64,000 nt of DNA from Malacoraja senta (taxonomy: Eukaryota). Location of the stretch: NCBI GenBank assembly GCA_038087875.1, contig CM075990.1, positions 1,366,001 through 1,430,000 on the forward strand, read 5' to 3'. A program made the translations under genes and the position numbers. Below the pieces are notes generated by a model. It did not search any database. It saw only the letters and a list, made by a program, of their open reading frames with translations, and had not been told where the DNA came from. Below, piece after piece: positions 23,988 through 37,243 of the stretch (positions are counted from its first letter, which is position 1; the number at the start of each line of letters is the position of its first letter).

Positions 23988-26512
23988 ATGCTGAGTACAT
24001 ACCGCGATGTCGAGAAAATAATGTACGTAATAATTGCGTTCATTGGAGTTCCGGGAAAGTGGTGGAATATTATTTTCTGAAATTATTACGACGAAGGAAA
24101 TGGCAAAGCAATAAACCAGTTTTTTTCAAAGGCAAGGGGCTGGAACAACTTTACATCAGTGATGGGAATTGTTAGTGCAAGGAAAGCACAGCACTCAAGC
24201 CAATTGGCACGTTAAAAGACAGCTCGAGAGATTGTGGGATTGAAACTGTCCAGGACCCTAAAACGTGATGCACAGCCAGACTTGATAAAATGCACAAAGA
24301 AGCACTCGAACAGGTAGTTATGGAATTATTCGATGCGTTTGTTAACATCCGTCAACAATTTATAAACGATGTTAACGTTCCTGCAATATGGGGAGTGGCT
24401 GCATACTGATTATGATAACACCGCAGTAACATGTCTAAGGTCATGGGTGGTGATCGTATTTAGTCTGGTAGTCGGTCTGTTATTCTGCATGGGTCTGTGC
24501 TGGGTGCGCGATCACGTCTGATACAATATAATTGGCTTGGGCATAAACGTAGATGGGTTGGTTCGTAAGTTTGATGAGACACCGTGATTGCTCGGGTTTC
24601 CCATGATGAAGAATGTTATCGAAATTAATAGCGGGATACTGATTAATTGCAGACATGAACGGAGACTTGGAAGTTGTTGATTAATGTGAGGAAGTATTTC
24701 ACTTTGTGTAGTTTAGTGTATTGTGTCGTGTACCGAGGTACAGTGAAATGTTTTTTGTTGCATGCTAACCAGTCCACGGATAGACTATACAAGATGACAA
24801 TTGAGCCGTCTACAGTTTACAGATACACGATAAATTCATGAAAGTTTAGTGGAAAATAAAGTCCAGTGAGGCCCGATTAAATATAGTCAGAAGGTCTCCA
24901 GCGAGTTTGAGAGTAGCTCAGGATCACACCCTCGTTGTTGATCGGATGGGCCAGTTGCCTGATAACAGCTGGGAATAAACTGTCCCTGAATGAGGAGGCG
25001 TGTTTTTTCACCTTCTGTTCCTCTTGCCCGGGGAGAGGGGAGTGAAACTCCTTCTCGATTAATCTGGTGTCCCTTCCGAGGCAGCGTGAAGCGGGGGTAT
25101 TTGAAGGGAGGTTGGTTTGTGTGTTGGTCGGCTGCGTCTTTAATTCTCTGCAGTTTCTTGCGGTCTTGGATGGAGCTGTTTCCAAACCATGCCGTGATGT
25201 ATCCGGAAAAAATATTGTACGCGACTCCAGATAAAGTGGGAGGTGTTGGGGACATATCGACCTTCATCATAAGCCTTATAAGGAAGTGGAGGGGTTGGTG
25301 TGCTCACTTGGCCATTACGTCGATAAAGCTAATCACTTTAAAGGTGTTATTTACTCCAAGCAACTTGAAGCTTTCAATCATTTCTTCTTCGGGGCCGCCA
25401 ATGTATACCAGGGGTATGTGTACCGCTCCGCTTCCTCAAGTTAATCACTATCTCCGTTGTCTTGCTGACATTGAGAGAAACGTTGTTGTATTTACGCCAG
25501 GTCAAGAGATGTTTTCGTTAGGGAAACTACAAAACGATACTGTAGTCGTACCGATTGAATATGTATGCATTGATACCCAGTTTCCGTTCTCTTCTTTTTC
25601 TGCAGTAAATTTCGTGGCGATTGTGATCCTTTCCCGTGGAAAGTGCGGCCTGTCCACCTGCACCACTCGCTACCTGGTGGCCATGGCTACAGCGGATCTG
25701 CTAGTTATTATTATTGATGTCATCTGTTATCGCATCAATCGTATCTTTTCCCGGTGAATTTCTTGGACATTACGCCCGTGTGTTGTAGTGTTAACGTATT
25801 GGCTCGTACAGCCAAAAACTGTTCTGTCTGGTTCACTGTCATGTTCACTTTTGATCAGTTTCTCGCCATTTGTTGTCAAAAACTGAAAACAAAATATTGC
25901 ACCGGAAAAACAGCAGCTTTGGTTCTTCCAACAATTGGCGTTCTGCTCTTTCTGAAAAACGTCCCCTTCTATTTCGCGTATAACCCAAAGGAAATCATCG
26001 ACAATGTGCAATTTTTCTGTCAGGGGAAGAGTAGTTATTTCACTCACCCCGGGTGGAGAGGATTTGACACGATCCATAAGATCGTGACTCCGTTGCTCCC
26101 ATTCACTACAATCCTATCGCTCAACACTCTGACAGTCCGGCACATTTTACTGGCCAGTCGGGCCCGTAAGGGAGTGAAGGGTCAGAGCAATGGTGAAAAC
26201 CGAAGTGACCCAGAGATGGAGAGCAGGAAAAGGTCGATGATTTTACTCTTCACCCTCTACGGAAGCTTCATCCTCCTGTGGCTGTAGCATGTGGCAGAAT
26301 TCATCTATGGTCAGATTACTAGAACGGCATTTGTGAACACGGAATCTGAAAAGATATTTGGTCTGTTTGGAGTTTTGTTGAGCATCCTCAACTGTTGAAC
26401 GAACACTTTTATTTACGCGGTGACTCAGTCTAGGTTCAGGCGGCAGTTAAAGGCCGCACTGGTGTGTCCGGTCACGTCATTGGTTCAGTTGATGACAAAA
26501 CCCACACACTGA
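23988..26512 (+). pseudogene. GPR139-like GPCR pseudogene, copy 2 (exon 1 23988-24054, exon 2 25606-26512)
   Basis: Exon 1 MLSTYRDVEKIMYVIIAFIGVP+G joins in phase to TA-AAT (VNFVAIVILSRGKCGL); donor reads GAAAGT rather than GT; 1-nt deletion at about 25742; DRF changed to DQF; stops at 26285-26287 and 26396-26398. Confidence 0.9.
24700..25510 (-). mobile_element. Rex1-like LINE 3' fragment in the GPCR intron
   Basis: ITAWFGNSSIQDRKKLQR and FRDSLFPAVIRQL; collinear with about 994-1510. Confidence 0.75.
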
Positions 26513-27371
26513 GCACAGCCCAAATAGTGCCTTAGAAGTTCATAAGACATGGGAGCATTATTAGACGATTCGGCCCATCGAGTTGGCTTCGCCATTTGAT
26601 CAAAACTGATTTATTCCCCATCCCCCTTAAACTCATTCCACTGCCTGCTCCCCGTAGCCCTTGCTAATCAAGAACCAGCGCCGGATTTTGATGAAGAGAG
26701 GCCCTAAGCTGTTCCACTTGTGAGGCCCCTCCCAATCCCCCACCCCCCACGACTGGAGGAAGATGGTCCACCAGATTGACACCGATTTGCAGCCGAACGT
26801 GGCCAATGAGATAAGGGGCTGGAAAGCTGCGCTTTTTATTTATTTATTTATTGCCAGTGCTGGTGTCGAGTTATTGGCTTAAAACACTATTATTCTGAAA
26901 TGAAGGGCAAGGAAAATTACTGAAGGGTTGTTTAGAGACTACAGTGCGTTGTGACTGCATATGTAAGAAAGGCCTATGACAGTGTCAAAAATATTATACA
27001 CCTTGCAGGGCTCTCACTTAATTTTTTTCTCTGTTGTCAGCCGGGCAAACGTGGCAGCTTTTTAAGTTGCCAAATGACAATTTAGGTGGTCTTTTAAGAC
27101 GGCTTGCGAGACGCATGCGATAATGTGCTCGGACGAAGTGCATAGTTACCAGTCGGAATTATGCTCAATGAAGCATTCACATATTATTTCTGCTTCAAAT
27201 AAAGTCACAAATTAAACATATTCACCAATCAAGACATGATATATATCACAATGACATGCAGCAAAATTATAATACAGTATCTCAACTCTTTTTACACATT
27301 GCAATGAATGCAATTTCTATTATTTCTTTCCACCTCCAAAGAAAAATGTGGTTGGATTATTCAGCGTATGA

Positions 27372-28548
27372 TCAACCTCGGTGAGACCAAGCGCAGGCTT
27401 GGCGATCGCTACGCACAACACCTCCACTCAGTTCGCAATAACCTACCTGATCTCCCGGTGGCCCAACACTTCAACTCCCCTTCACATTCCGAAACCGACC
27501 TTTCTGTCCTGGGCCTCCTCCATGGCCAGATTGAGACCCACCGCATATTGGAGGAGCAGCACCTCATATTTGCTTGGGTAGTTTACACCCCAGCGGTATG
27601 AACATTGGCTTCTCTAATTTCAGGCAGTCCCTGCTTTCTCCCTCCATTCCCTCCCATTCCCAGCTCTCCCACAGCCCACTGTCTCCGCCTCTTCCTTTGT
27701 TCTTCGTGTCCCCCCCGACATCAATCTGAACAAGGGTCTCGACCCGAAACGTCGTCTATTCCTTCACTCCATGGATGCTGCCTTACCCGCTGATTTTCTC
27801 CAGCGTTTTTGTCTACCAATGGGATGCCACCACTGGCCACATCTTCCCATCTCCTCCCCTGTTGGCTTTCCGTAGAGACCGCTCCCTCCGTATCTCCTTG
27901 GTGAATTCGTCCCTTCCCACCAAAACCACCCCCTCTCCTGGCACTTTCCCTTGCAACCGCAGGAAATGCAACACTTGTCGCTTTACCTCCTCCTTGACTC
28001 CATTCAAGGACCCAAGCAGTCTTTCCAAGTGCGGCAGAGGTTGTTCACCTGCACCTCCTCCAACCTCATCTATTGCATCCACTGCTCCAGGTGTCAGCTG
28101 CTCTACATCGGTGAGACCAAGTGTAGGCTTGGCGATCGCTTCGCCCAACACCTCCGCTCGGTCCGCAATAACCAACCTGATCTCCCGGTCGCTCAGCACT
28201 TCAACTCCGCCTTCCATTCCGAATCCGATCTATCTGTCCTGGGCCTCTTCCATGGCCAGAGTGAGGCCCACTGTAAATTGGAGGAGCAGCACCTCATATT
28301 TCGCTTGGCAGTTTACAGCCCAGCGGTATGAACATTGACTTCTTCAATTTCAGGTAATTCCTGCTTTCTCGTCCCCTTCCCAGCTCTCCCTCAGCCCACT
28401 GTCTCCGCCTCTTCCTTTCTTCTTCCCGTCCCCCTCCCCACCCTCACATCAGTCTGAAGAATGGTCTCGACCCGAAACGTCGCCTATTTCCTTCGCTCCA
28501 TAGATGCTGCCTCACCCGCTGAGTATCTCCAGCATTTTTGTCTACCCA
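27372..28548 (+). mobile_element. Two tandem Penelope 3' ends (GIY-YIG tail plus pLTR)
   Basis: GETKRRLGDRYAQHL and LIYCIHCSRCQLLYIGETK, each followed by a pLTR with a hammerhead-like core (27726 and 28454). Confidence 0.9.
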
Positions 28549-28589
28549 TTCACACAAGTTCTGTTATCCCACTTTCCTCACCCACTCCC

Positions 28590-28770
28590 TACACATTAGG
28601 GGCAATTTTACAGAGACAAGTTAACCTACAAAGCCAATGCGTCTTTGGGATGTGGGAGGAAACCCACACGCTTGCAGGGAGAATGTGCAAATTCAACACA
28701 GACAGTGCCGGAGGACAGGATCGAACGCAGATCTCTGGCGTGCGACGCAGCAAGGCTACCAGCTGTGCAC
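28590..28770 (-). mobile_element. V-SINE fragment
   Basis: TCTTTGGGATGTGGGAGGAAACC..GGGAGAATGTGCAAATTC is the reverse complement of the V-domain core. Confidence 0.7.
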
Positions 28771-28919
28771 TATATTTTGTTTTCCAACACACCAAAAAAT
28801 TATATGTTGATAACTTTGATTACTAAAAAAATGAAAATATACATTTTCAGTTTTAATTCTCCAAGTGATGCTATGTCCCCCTTTACAGCTACTGTATGCT
28901 TTAATTAAGTTCAAGACTA

Positions 28920-29745
<826 letters not shown>

Positions 29746-31112
29746 CCCAGAGGGAGTCTAAAGAAGGGTCTCTACCCGAAACTTCACCCAATGTCTTCTA
29801 TCCAGAGTTGCTGGCTGCTCCATGGAGTTCACCCGCACATTCAAAGCATGGAATAGTCTTCACCCTACCATAGTTACCCAACCAGACGTAACTAAATTTA
29901 AGGCACCTCTTTTCCCCCCAAGAACCCTTTTTTGGTTAAGTCCAAGCCAAGAGTCAAGCGAGATTTATTGTCATGCGGCCCAGATAGGACAATGAAATTC
30001 TTACTTGCTGCAGCACAACAGAATATGAATACATAATACAGAACAGGAGATAAAAGTTCAGTGAGTTTATATACCATAGACCATATATATACACAATCAG
30101 TAAACAGATAAAATGCAATAGGCTGTTATTGTTCAGCCCTCTACCACCTCCAGTTTAAATTCCATTTAGAATATTTATGGAGGACCAGGAATCCAGAACA
30201 AGAGTTACTCCAGGGAGTTACTCCAGATCCTGGGTCAGGGTGTGATTCTGCGTTGGTTTTCAGCGGTCGCGGCGAGGCGGCGGCTGGACGGCAATGGCGG
30301 CCAGATCTCCCACAATTCAATGCGAGAAAGTGCCCAGCGGCGACCAGTTGCCGTGGCAGTGCGTATGCGCAGGGCGGCCGATCATGTGCTGGCCATGGTT
30401 GTGCGCATGTGTAGGGGGGAGGCTGTGCTGGCCGAAGCAGCGCGCATGTGCAAGGCGGCCGGCCGTGCCGGCGGATGAGGATCGGGCGGAGCCCGGCGGC
30501 CCGGGATACGGATGGCGGGCGGAGACGGAGAGCGACAAACAAGCGAGAGAGATAGATTGAGAGGGGGGCCCGCTCAGAGTTGAACGGCAAGGGTCCTGCC
30601 TTGGCCGGAGGCTGCCTAGATTTCGAGGCCCTCGGCTTAAGCCTATGAAGCCTAGTGGTAAATCCGGCTCTGCGAGCCCCCCCCCCCCCCCTAGATCTCG
30701 AAGCCCTAAGCTTAAGCTTGTCACGTTTATACGTAACTCCGGCCCTGTGAAGAACCTATCGATCTCCGCTTCAAAAGTACCCAATGACTCAGCAGATTCA
30801 CCACCACATTACTGAAGAGCAGGCACAAGCCACGAGTGATTGCTCAAGGTAGGCAGGCAGTCGCATTTATTAAAAAACTTAAACCGCGCATGCATAGATT
30901 GTTCTTTCCGTAAAAATAAAACATAAAAATAAAGAGAGTAACAACTCAATTTGACCAAGGTTTCAAAGTCTCCTTTATTCTGAATTACTGAATGGGTGGG
31001 GGTTGAAGGGTGACTGCAGGTGGAAAGATGGTGGGAAAAACCGGAGCACACCGGGACAAGTTGAATCAGTTGTCATCTTATTGAATGACAATACTTGTTC
31101 AAGTGACCAATT

Positions 31113-31757
31113 GGGGGGAGAGTTCCTTTCACAGCGTGTGGAGAGTCTGGCCAGGGGTAAAGTTGCGGGGAGGACAGGAGTGTTGAGAAGGAGAAGGTAG
31201 GGGTTCATGCTGCGCTCCGGTCTCGGAGTAACCGCATTGTGGCCGGGGAGCGGCCGCCGGGACCCGACAGCAGAACTGGCCGCCACTTCAGCGCCTTCTG
31301 CCAGCCCGCTCACCTTTGACAGTGCTCTCCGTCTGAACACCTCTCACCTGTCGCTTGACGACTTCGCTCATGTAAGCCGCTTCCCGCAAATCCTTAAATT
31401 CCCACAGCCGAGTAACCTCAATCGCGCTGTCGGAATTTAAGGATTTGCGGGAAGCGGCTGACATGAGTGAGGCTGGCGAGCGGCAGGACATCAATTTTTT
31501 AGATGGAAAGCTGCCAGAGGTGAGTGGGGGCCGGAAGAAGGCGCTGAGGTGGCAGCTGGTTCCGCTGTCCGACCCGGTGGCCGCTCGCAGCCACCCGAGC
31601 TACTTCCCTCCCCGGCCTCAATGCGGTGGCTCCATGCAAGGAGCGTCGCAAGTGGGTTACTGGCATGATCCCGATCCCATCCTTCACAACGCTCCTGCCC
31701 TCCCCGCAACTTTACCCCGGGCCAGACTCCGCATACGCTGTGAAAGAACCCCCCCCC
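31113..31757. repeat. Long imperfect inverted repeat (fold-back), about 650 bp
   Basis: Inner arms CTCATGTAAGCCGCTTCCCGCAAATCCTTAAATTCCCACAGC / GCTGTCGGAATTTAAGGATTTGCGGGAAGCGGCTGACATGAG; the outer arms are also complementary. Confidence 0.9.
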
Positions 31758-32354
31758 CTCCCCACCCCGGGAAATACGGCATTTAATCACACACAGCACC
31801 AAGAAATGTACTTACCACATTATCGGTACACAAACTCCATTCTTCTTTCTTTGTTTCTTAAAATACGCTTAAGATAATGGAAATCCACATTTGAAAAACC
31901 AGCCAATAAACTAGCGCTGCGCATGCGCAGTAGGATGCTGCGCTTGCGCAGTACTGCAAAAGCAGAATTTCAGCTGCCTTCAGACCTTCGCGTGTTGCAA
32001 GTGCAGCGGTTAAAAGGCACGGAGAATTATGCCTACCTAAGAGATTGATCTCTTAGATGGGATTAATTCTCGCAAGCCTTTACTATTTATATTCAGTGAT
32101 TACCGTTTTATAATTTTAGTCAGGGCAGGCAGAAGAGATGAAGCAAAGATACTGGTCTGATTCTGAAGAAGGATCTCGACCCGAAACGTCGCCTAATCCT
32201 TCTCGCCATAGATGCTGCCTCGCCCGCTGAGTTTCTCCAGCATTTTTGTCTAATTTCGGTGACCAACAGGCAAAGACTAAGACTGTTGCGTAGTTTTGTA
32301 ACATTGTCGGCGCCAACACGTGGAGACAATTGTGTACTGCATTGGTTATATGCA

Positions 32355-33100
32355 AATCAGAATCAGAATCAGAATCACACTTTATTCGCCTAGTATGTTT
32401 TGCAACATACGAGCAATTTCATTCCCCAGGTAAGTCATATAATTAAAAGCAACAGATCACTCAAAAACATATTTTAACATGAGCAACTACCACAGTGACT
32501 CCTGCACATTCCTCACTGTGATGAAAAGCGAAATAAAGTTCAAGTCTCTTCCTTTTGTTCGGTCGTGGGCCTCGAGCCCTCGTTGACGGGACGATCTTGC
32601 GTCCCGCAGCCGGCGGCGTTCGGGCCCTCCGTGACGACGTGATCAGCTCATGCATCGGGGGAGATGTTAGCTCTCCCGCGCCGGGCGATCGAACCTCGCG
32701 TCGGGGCTGGTCGAACATTCCGCGACGATGGAGCTTCCAGACTAGCCTCTCCCGACTGCGAGCTTGATGGTAAGTCCGCAGTGGTCGCGGTGGGAGCGAT
32801 CCCAGGCATGGGATCAGCTCCGATGTTAAGTCGCGCCCCGCGGTGGGGCTCATGACAGTCCGAGGAGGCTTCCAGCTCCATCCACGGTGGGCCGCAGAGC
32901 CCGGAGAATGTGATCCGAAAATTGATCACATCTCCGAGAAGGTAAGACCCAGAAAAAAAATTCCCCCGATCCCCTCCCCCTCCCCCCACATGAAACACAC
33001 CGGACAACATTAAAACAAACTTTTAACGCACTCAAACATAACACAAATAGAGAAAAACACACAGACTGCCGACAGGGCAGCCATCTCCCCGGCGCCCCTG
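32355..33100 (-). mobile_element. GC-rich non-autonomous retroelement
   Basis: (AATCAG)n tail plus TTTATT at the low end; shared block CCTCACTGTGATG..AA; 5' end GGCGCCGGGGAGATGGCTGC. Confidence 0.6.
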
Positions 33101-33153
33101 GTGGATATTTCACTGCACCTAAGTACCCTAGGTACATTTGAAAATAAAGTATT

Positions 33154-33284
33154 ATTCATTCATTCATTCATTCATTCGTTCGTTCATTCATTCTTTCATC
33201 ATTCTTTCATCATTCATTCATTCATTCATTCATTCATTCATTCATTCATTCATTCATTCATTCATTCATTCATTCATTCATTCA
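33154..33284. repeat. (TTCA)n microsatellite, probably an expanded retroelement tail
   Basis: Directly follows AATAAA. Confidence 0.95.
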
Positions 33285-33739
33285 ATTCTGTAACTGATCT
33301 ATATCTCACTGTAAACCTTGAAAGTCTTACACACAATCTATGATCCCAGCAATCTTGGTGTCAACTGCAAATTTACGAACCAACCGTCTACATTTATGTC
33401 CGAGTCTATATATATTATAAACAGCGGATCAAAGATCCCTGTGGAAGTCTCTATTGTGATCAATCAATCCTGTTGAATGGGGTTTTACGAATACGACTGA
33501 AACGCAGGGGAATCCGACACCCCCCACCGTCACAGCTTCCTCCCAACACCCATCAGGCTATCAAACTCTACAAAACACCAAATAACTATGGTCTATGTTG
33601 GCTGCACACGGATTCTGGCGTTGTGACACTAATTATGGGGTTATTCATTATTTTTTAATGTTATCTGAGCATTGTCTTTTCAGGTTTATTATGCTACTCC
33701 AAGTAAGCATTTTGTCGTGCCGTTGTATGTACGTATGAC

Positions 33740-34975
33740 AATAGACAATAGACAATAGGCGCAGGAGTAGGCATTCGGCCCTTCGAGCCAGCACCACCAT
33801 TCAATGCGATCATGGCTGATCATCCACAATCAGTATCCCATTCCTGCCTTCTCTCCCTATCCCTTAACTCCGCTCTCCCTAAAACCTTTATCTAACTCTC
33901 TCTCGAAAGCATCCAGAGAACCAACCAACTGATGCAGAGAATTCCACACACTCACAACTATCTTTGTGAAAATGTTTTTCCTCATTTTCGTTCTCAATGG
34001 CTTACCACTTATTCTTAAAATATGGCCCCTGTTTCTGGACTCCTCCAACATTGGGAACATGTTTCCTGCCTCTAGCGTGTCCAAACCCTTAATAATCTTA
34101 TATGTTGCAATAAGATCTCCTCTCATCCTTCTAAATTCGAGAGTATACAAGCCCAGTCGCTCGAATCTATCAACATATGACAGTCCCGCCATCCCGGCAA
34201 TTAACCTTGTGAAACTACGCTGCACTCCCTCATTTGCAAGAATAGACGATAGACAATAGACAACAGGTGCAGGAGTAGGCCATTCGGCCACTCGAGCCAG
34301 CACCGCCATTCAATGTGATCAAGTTTAGAGACCAAAACTGCATACAATACCCCAGGTATGGTCTCACTTGGTCCCTGTACAACTGCAGAAGGACCTATTT
34401 GCTCCTAAACTCAACTCCTTTTGTTATGAAAGCCAACATGCCATTCGCTTTCTTCACTGCCTGCTGTACCTGCATGCTTACTTTCAGTGACTGATGAACA
34501 AGGACCCCAGATACTGTTGTACTTCCCCTTTTCCCAACTTGACACCAGTTAGATAATAATCTAACTTCCTGTTTTCGCCATCCAAATGTATAACCTCATA
34601 TTTATGCACATTAAACTGCATCTCCCATGCGTCTGCCCACTCACCCAACCTGTCCAAGCGCCCTGCATCCTCATACCATCCTCCTTACAGTTCACAATGC
34701 CACCCAGCTTTGTGTCATCTTCAAATTTGCTAATGTTATTTTTAATCCCTTCATCCAAATCATTAATATATATTGTAAACAGCTGCGGTCCCAGCACCCA
34801 GCCTTGCGGTAACACACTAGTCACTGCCTGCCATTCTGAAAGGGACCCGTTAATTCTTACCCTTTGTTTCCTGTTTGCCAACCAATTTTCTATCGATGTC
34901 AGCACCCTACCACCAATACCATGTGCTCTAATTTTGCACAGTATTCTCCGATGTGGGATCTTATTAAATGCGTAT
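33740..34975 (-). mobile_element. CR1 3' fragment (paralog at about 51655-52875)
   Basis: Minus-strand ORFs [31 protein letters not shown] and RLGLYTLEFRRMRGDLI; (ACAATAG)n tail. Confidence 0.9.
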
Positions 34976-36462
34976 GACAATTAAATAATCTTGACTCGAC
35001 TCTCTGGAAAAGAATGGAAGGGTACGGACCAAAACGGGTAAATCCTATTGGCGTCGAGGGCGTCACTGTCGACAGGGACATGGTGGGACTTGAAGGCCCG
35101 TATCTGCGGTCAACGTTTCCATATTTATTTGAATCTAATGCCGAGGGCCTGTTCCGAGATGTGCGAGGAAATTACGAAGCATCCATTGCTTTAAAACTGG
35201 TGCTGATAACGGAGGGAGCGATGATGTTATGAACCATTTATTGAAATCCGGTCCCGGGCCGTAAGGGATTGATGGCGAGGCAGTGAGACACGCTACCGAG
35301 GGAGAATTCCCTTCATCGGAGACTCTGCGAAAACCGGGCAATGAAGTTTCGGTGCTAGTGATCTTAAGTCTCTGCATACTGACGATTACAACGCCATTTG
35401 CAGGTACAGGATCAATCAAATCGATTATTTCAAATGCATGCGGATCTTTACATTGAAATCAAAAGAGGTTAAAGATAGTCGAATTTATGCAGGCACTACA
35501 GGGCAGCTGGTAAATCATACCTATGGGTACTGGCGATAGCGCGCTGGGAAGGAATCGCCAGATGTAGAAGGGGTCCGTGGTGAACGTGACAGACAGATAT
35601 TTCAAAGCCGGGGTGCTGAGAGAGATGACAGCAATTATTGTGTGTAGGATGGAACTGCAGATGCTGGTTTACACAGAAGAGAGACACAAAATGCTGGAGC
35701 AACTCAGCGGGCCAGGCAGCATCTCTGAAGAAAATGAATAATCGACATTTCGAATTGAGACCGTTCTTCAGTCTGACATTCAGGGATGTGGGTAAAACGT
35801 GGGGGGGGAGGGTTTGTCCCCCCAGCTCTCAAACAGGTGCCCCCCCCCCTCCGCCGTCCCCCACAGGATTAACTGGTAGATGTGTTTTCTTTACCGTGAA
35901 ATAAATCGACAAAGGCTGAGAGCGCTCAACTCCGTGACAGCTCTGTGGTTGGTGTTTCAAGTATTGTTTTCAGGAGAACCTCCAGTTGAAACAAAGGTTC
36001 ACATGTACCTCCTCGAACCACATTAACTGCATCCGCTGTTCCTAATGTGGGCTCCTTTACATCGGTGAGACCAAACGTAGACTCATAGAAAAACATAGAA
36101 ACATAGAAAAATAGGTGCAGGAACAGGCCATTCGGCCCATCGAGCCAGTACCGTCATTCTATCTGATCATGACTGATCATCTAAAATCAGTATCCCGTTC
36201 CTGCTTTTCCCCCATATCCCTTGATTCCTTTAGCCCAAAGAGCTAAATCTAACTTTTTCTTGAAAAAATCATGTGAATTGGCGCCCACTGCCTTCTGTGG
36301 CAAAGAATTCCACAGGTTCACAACTCTCGAAAACGTTTTTCCTCATCTCACGGGGAGAGAGAGGGAATGCAGGGGTTACCTGAAATTAGAGACATCAATT
36401 ATCATACTTGCTGTGTTCTTAGGAATTACTTTAGATTTATTTAAGATGTTTCATTATTAGAG

Positions 36463-36684
36463 CAGGGGTTCCCAACGTTTTTAGTCCCGTTTACCCCTGG
36501 CAACTTTTCGAAAGTAAATGTACCCTTACCCTGTTTTGTTCAGTAATTGAGTTTACACTTCTACCATAATAAAGCACCGACAAATGGGAAATTTTAAAAT
36601 ACTGTTTTTAACATTACTATTTTAAGTTCCAGAATCAACAAATTTACCCCCGGGGGTAAATTTACCCCAGGTTGGGAACCCTCT
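36463..36684. mobile_element. hAT/Charlie-like MITE (internally deleted paralog at 53687-53820)
   Basis: TIRs CAGGGGTTCCCAAC / GTTGGGAACCC; internal TTTACCCC motifs and a 24-bp perfect palindrome at 36640-36663. Confidence 0.8.
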
Positions 36685-37180
36685 CTCTAGATCCTTGACA
36701 TCCTTGGTTACTTCCCACCAGTGTATCAGGATCAAAGGGGCCTCACGGTTCTCCAAGCCAGGATGTCACGATGCAACTCTCTCCGACTTTCAAATATGCA
36801 CTGCGTAAAATGGGAATGGGGGGGGGGGGGGGGGTTAGAGATCACAGGTAGGCAAGTACATTAGATTACGGATGATAGACACAAAAGGCTGGAGTAACTC
36901 AGCGAGACAGGCAGCATCGCTGGAGTGAGGGAATGGTAACGTTTCGGGTTGACACCCTTCTTCAAAGTAGATTAGATTATTTTGGCATTATGTTAGACAC
37001 AATTGTGGACCGAATGGGCCTGTTTCTGAGCTCCTGTACTGTATGTATTATGTTAATTTGGAATGTTCAAGAAAGCGATCAATTCAGCAAAAAGATATTT
37101 GATGCTGCCACCATTTATAAATCAAGATGTGCAAAATACGCTTTGGAATTCCAGTGAAAATTTAGAACGACGAAAACTTT

Positions 37181-37243
37181 CTCCCCGTTGAACCCCGGTC
37201 TCCCGCGTGACAGGCGGGATACTAACCACTATACTAACGAGGA
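37181..37243 (-). pseudogene. tRNA-Asp(GTC) pseudogene
   Basis: Identical to 54316-54387 apart from an 8-nt deletion in the T arm and a 1-nt deletion in a G run; 63 nt. Confidence 0.92.

Noticed and set aside
24990..25757. 255-aa ORF as a GPCR with a long N-terminus
   Set aside because: It is antisense LINE and intron sequence read into exon 2; the true exon 1 is at 23988
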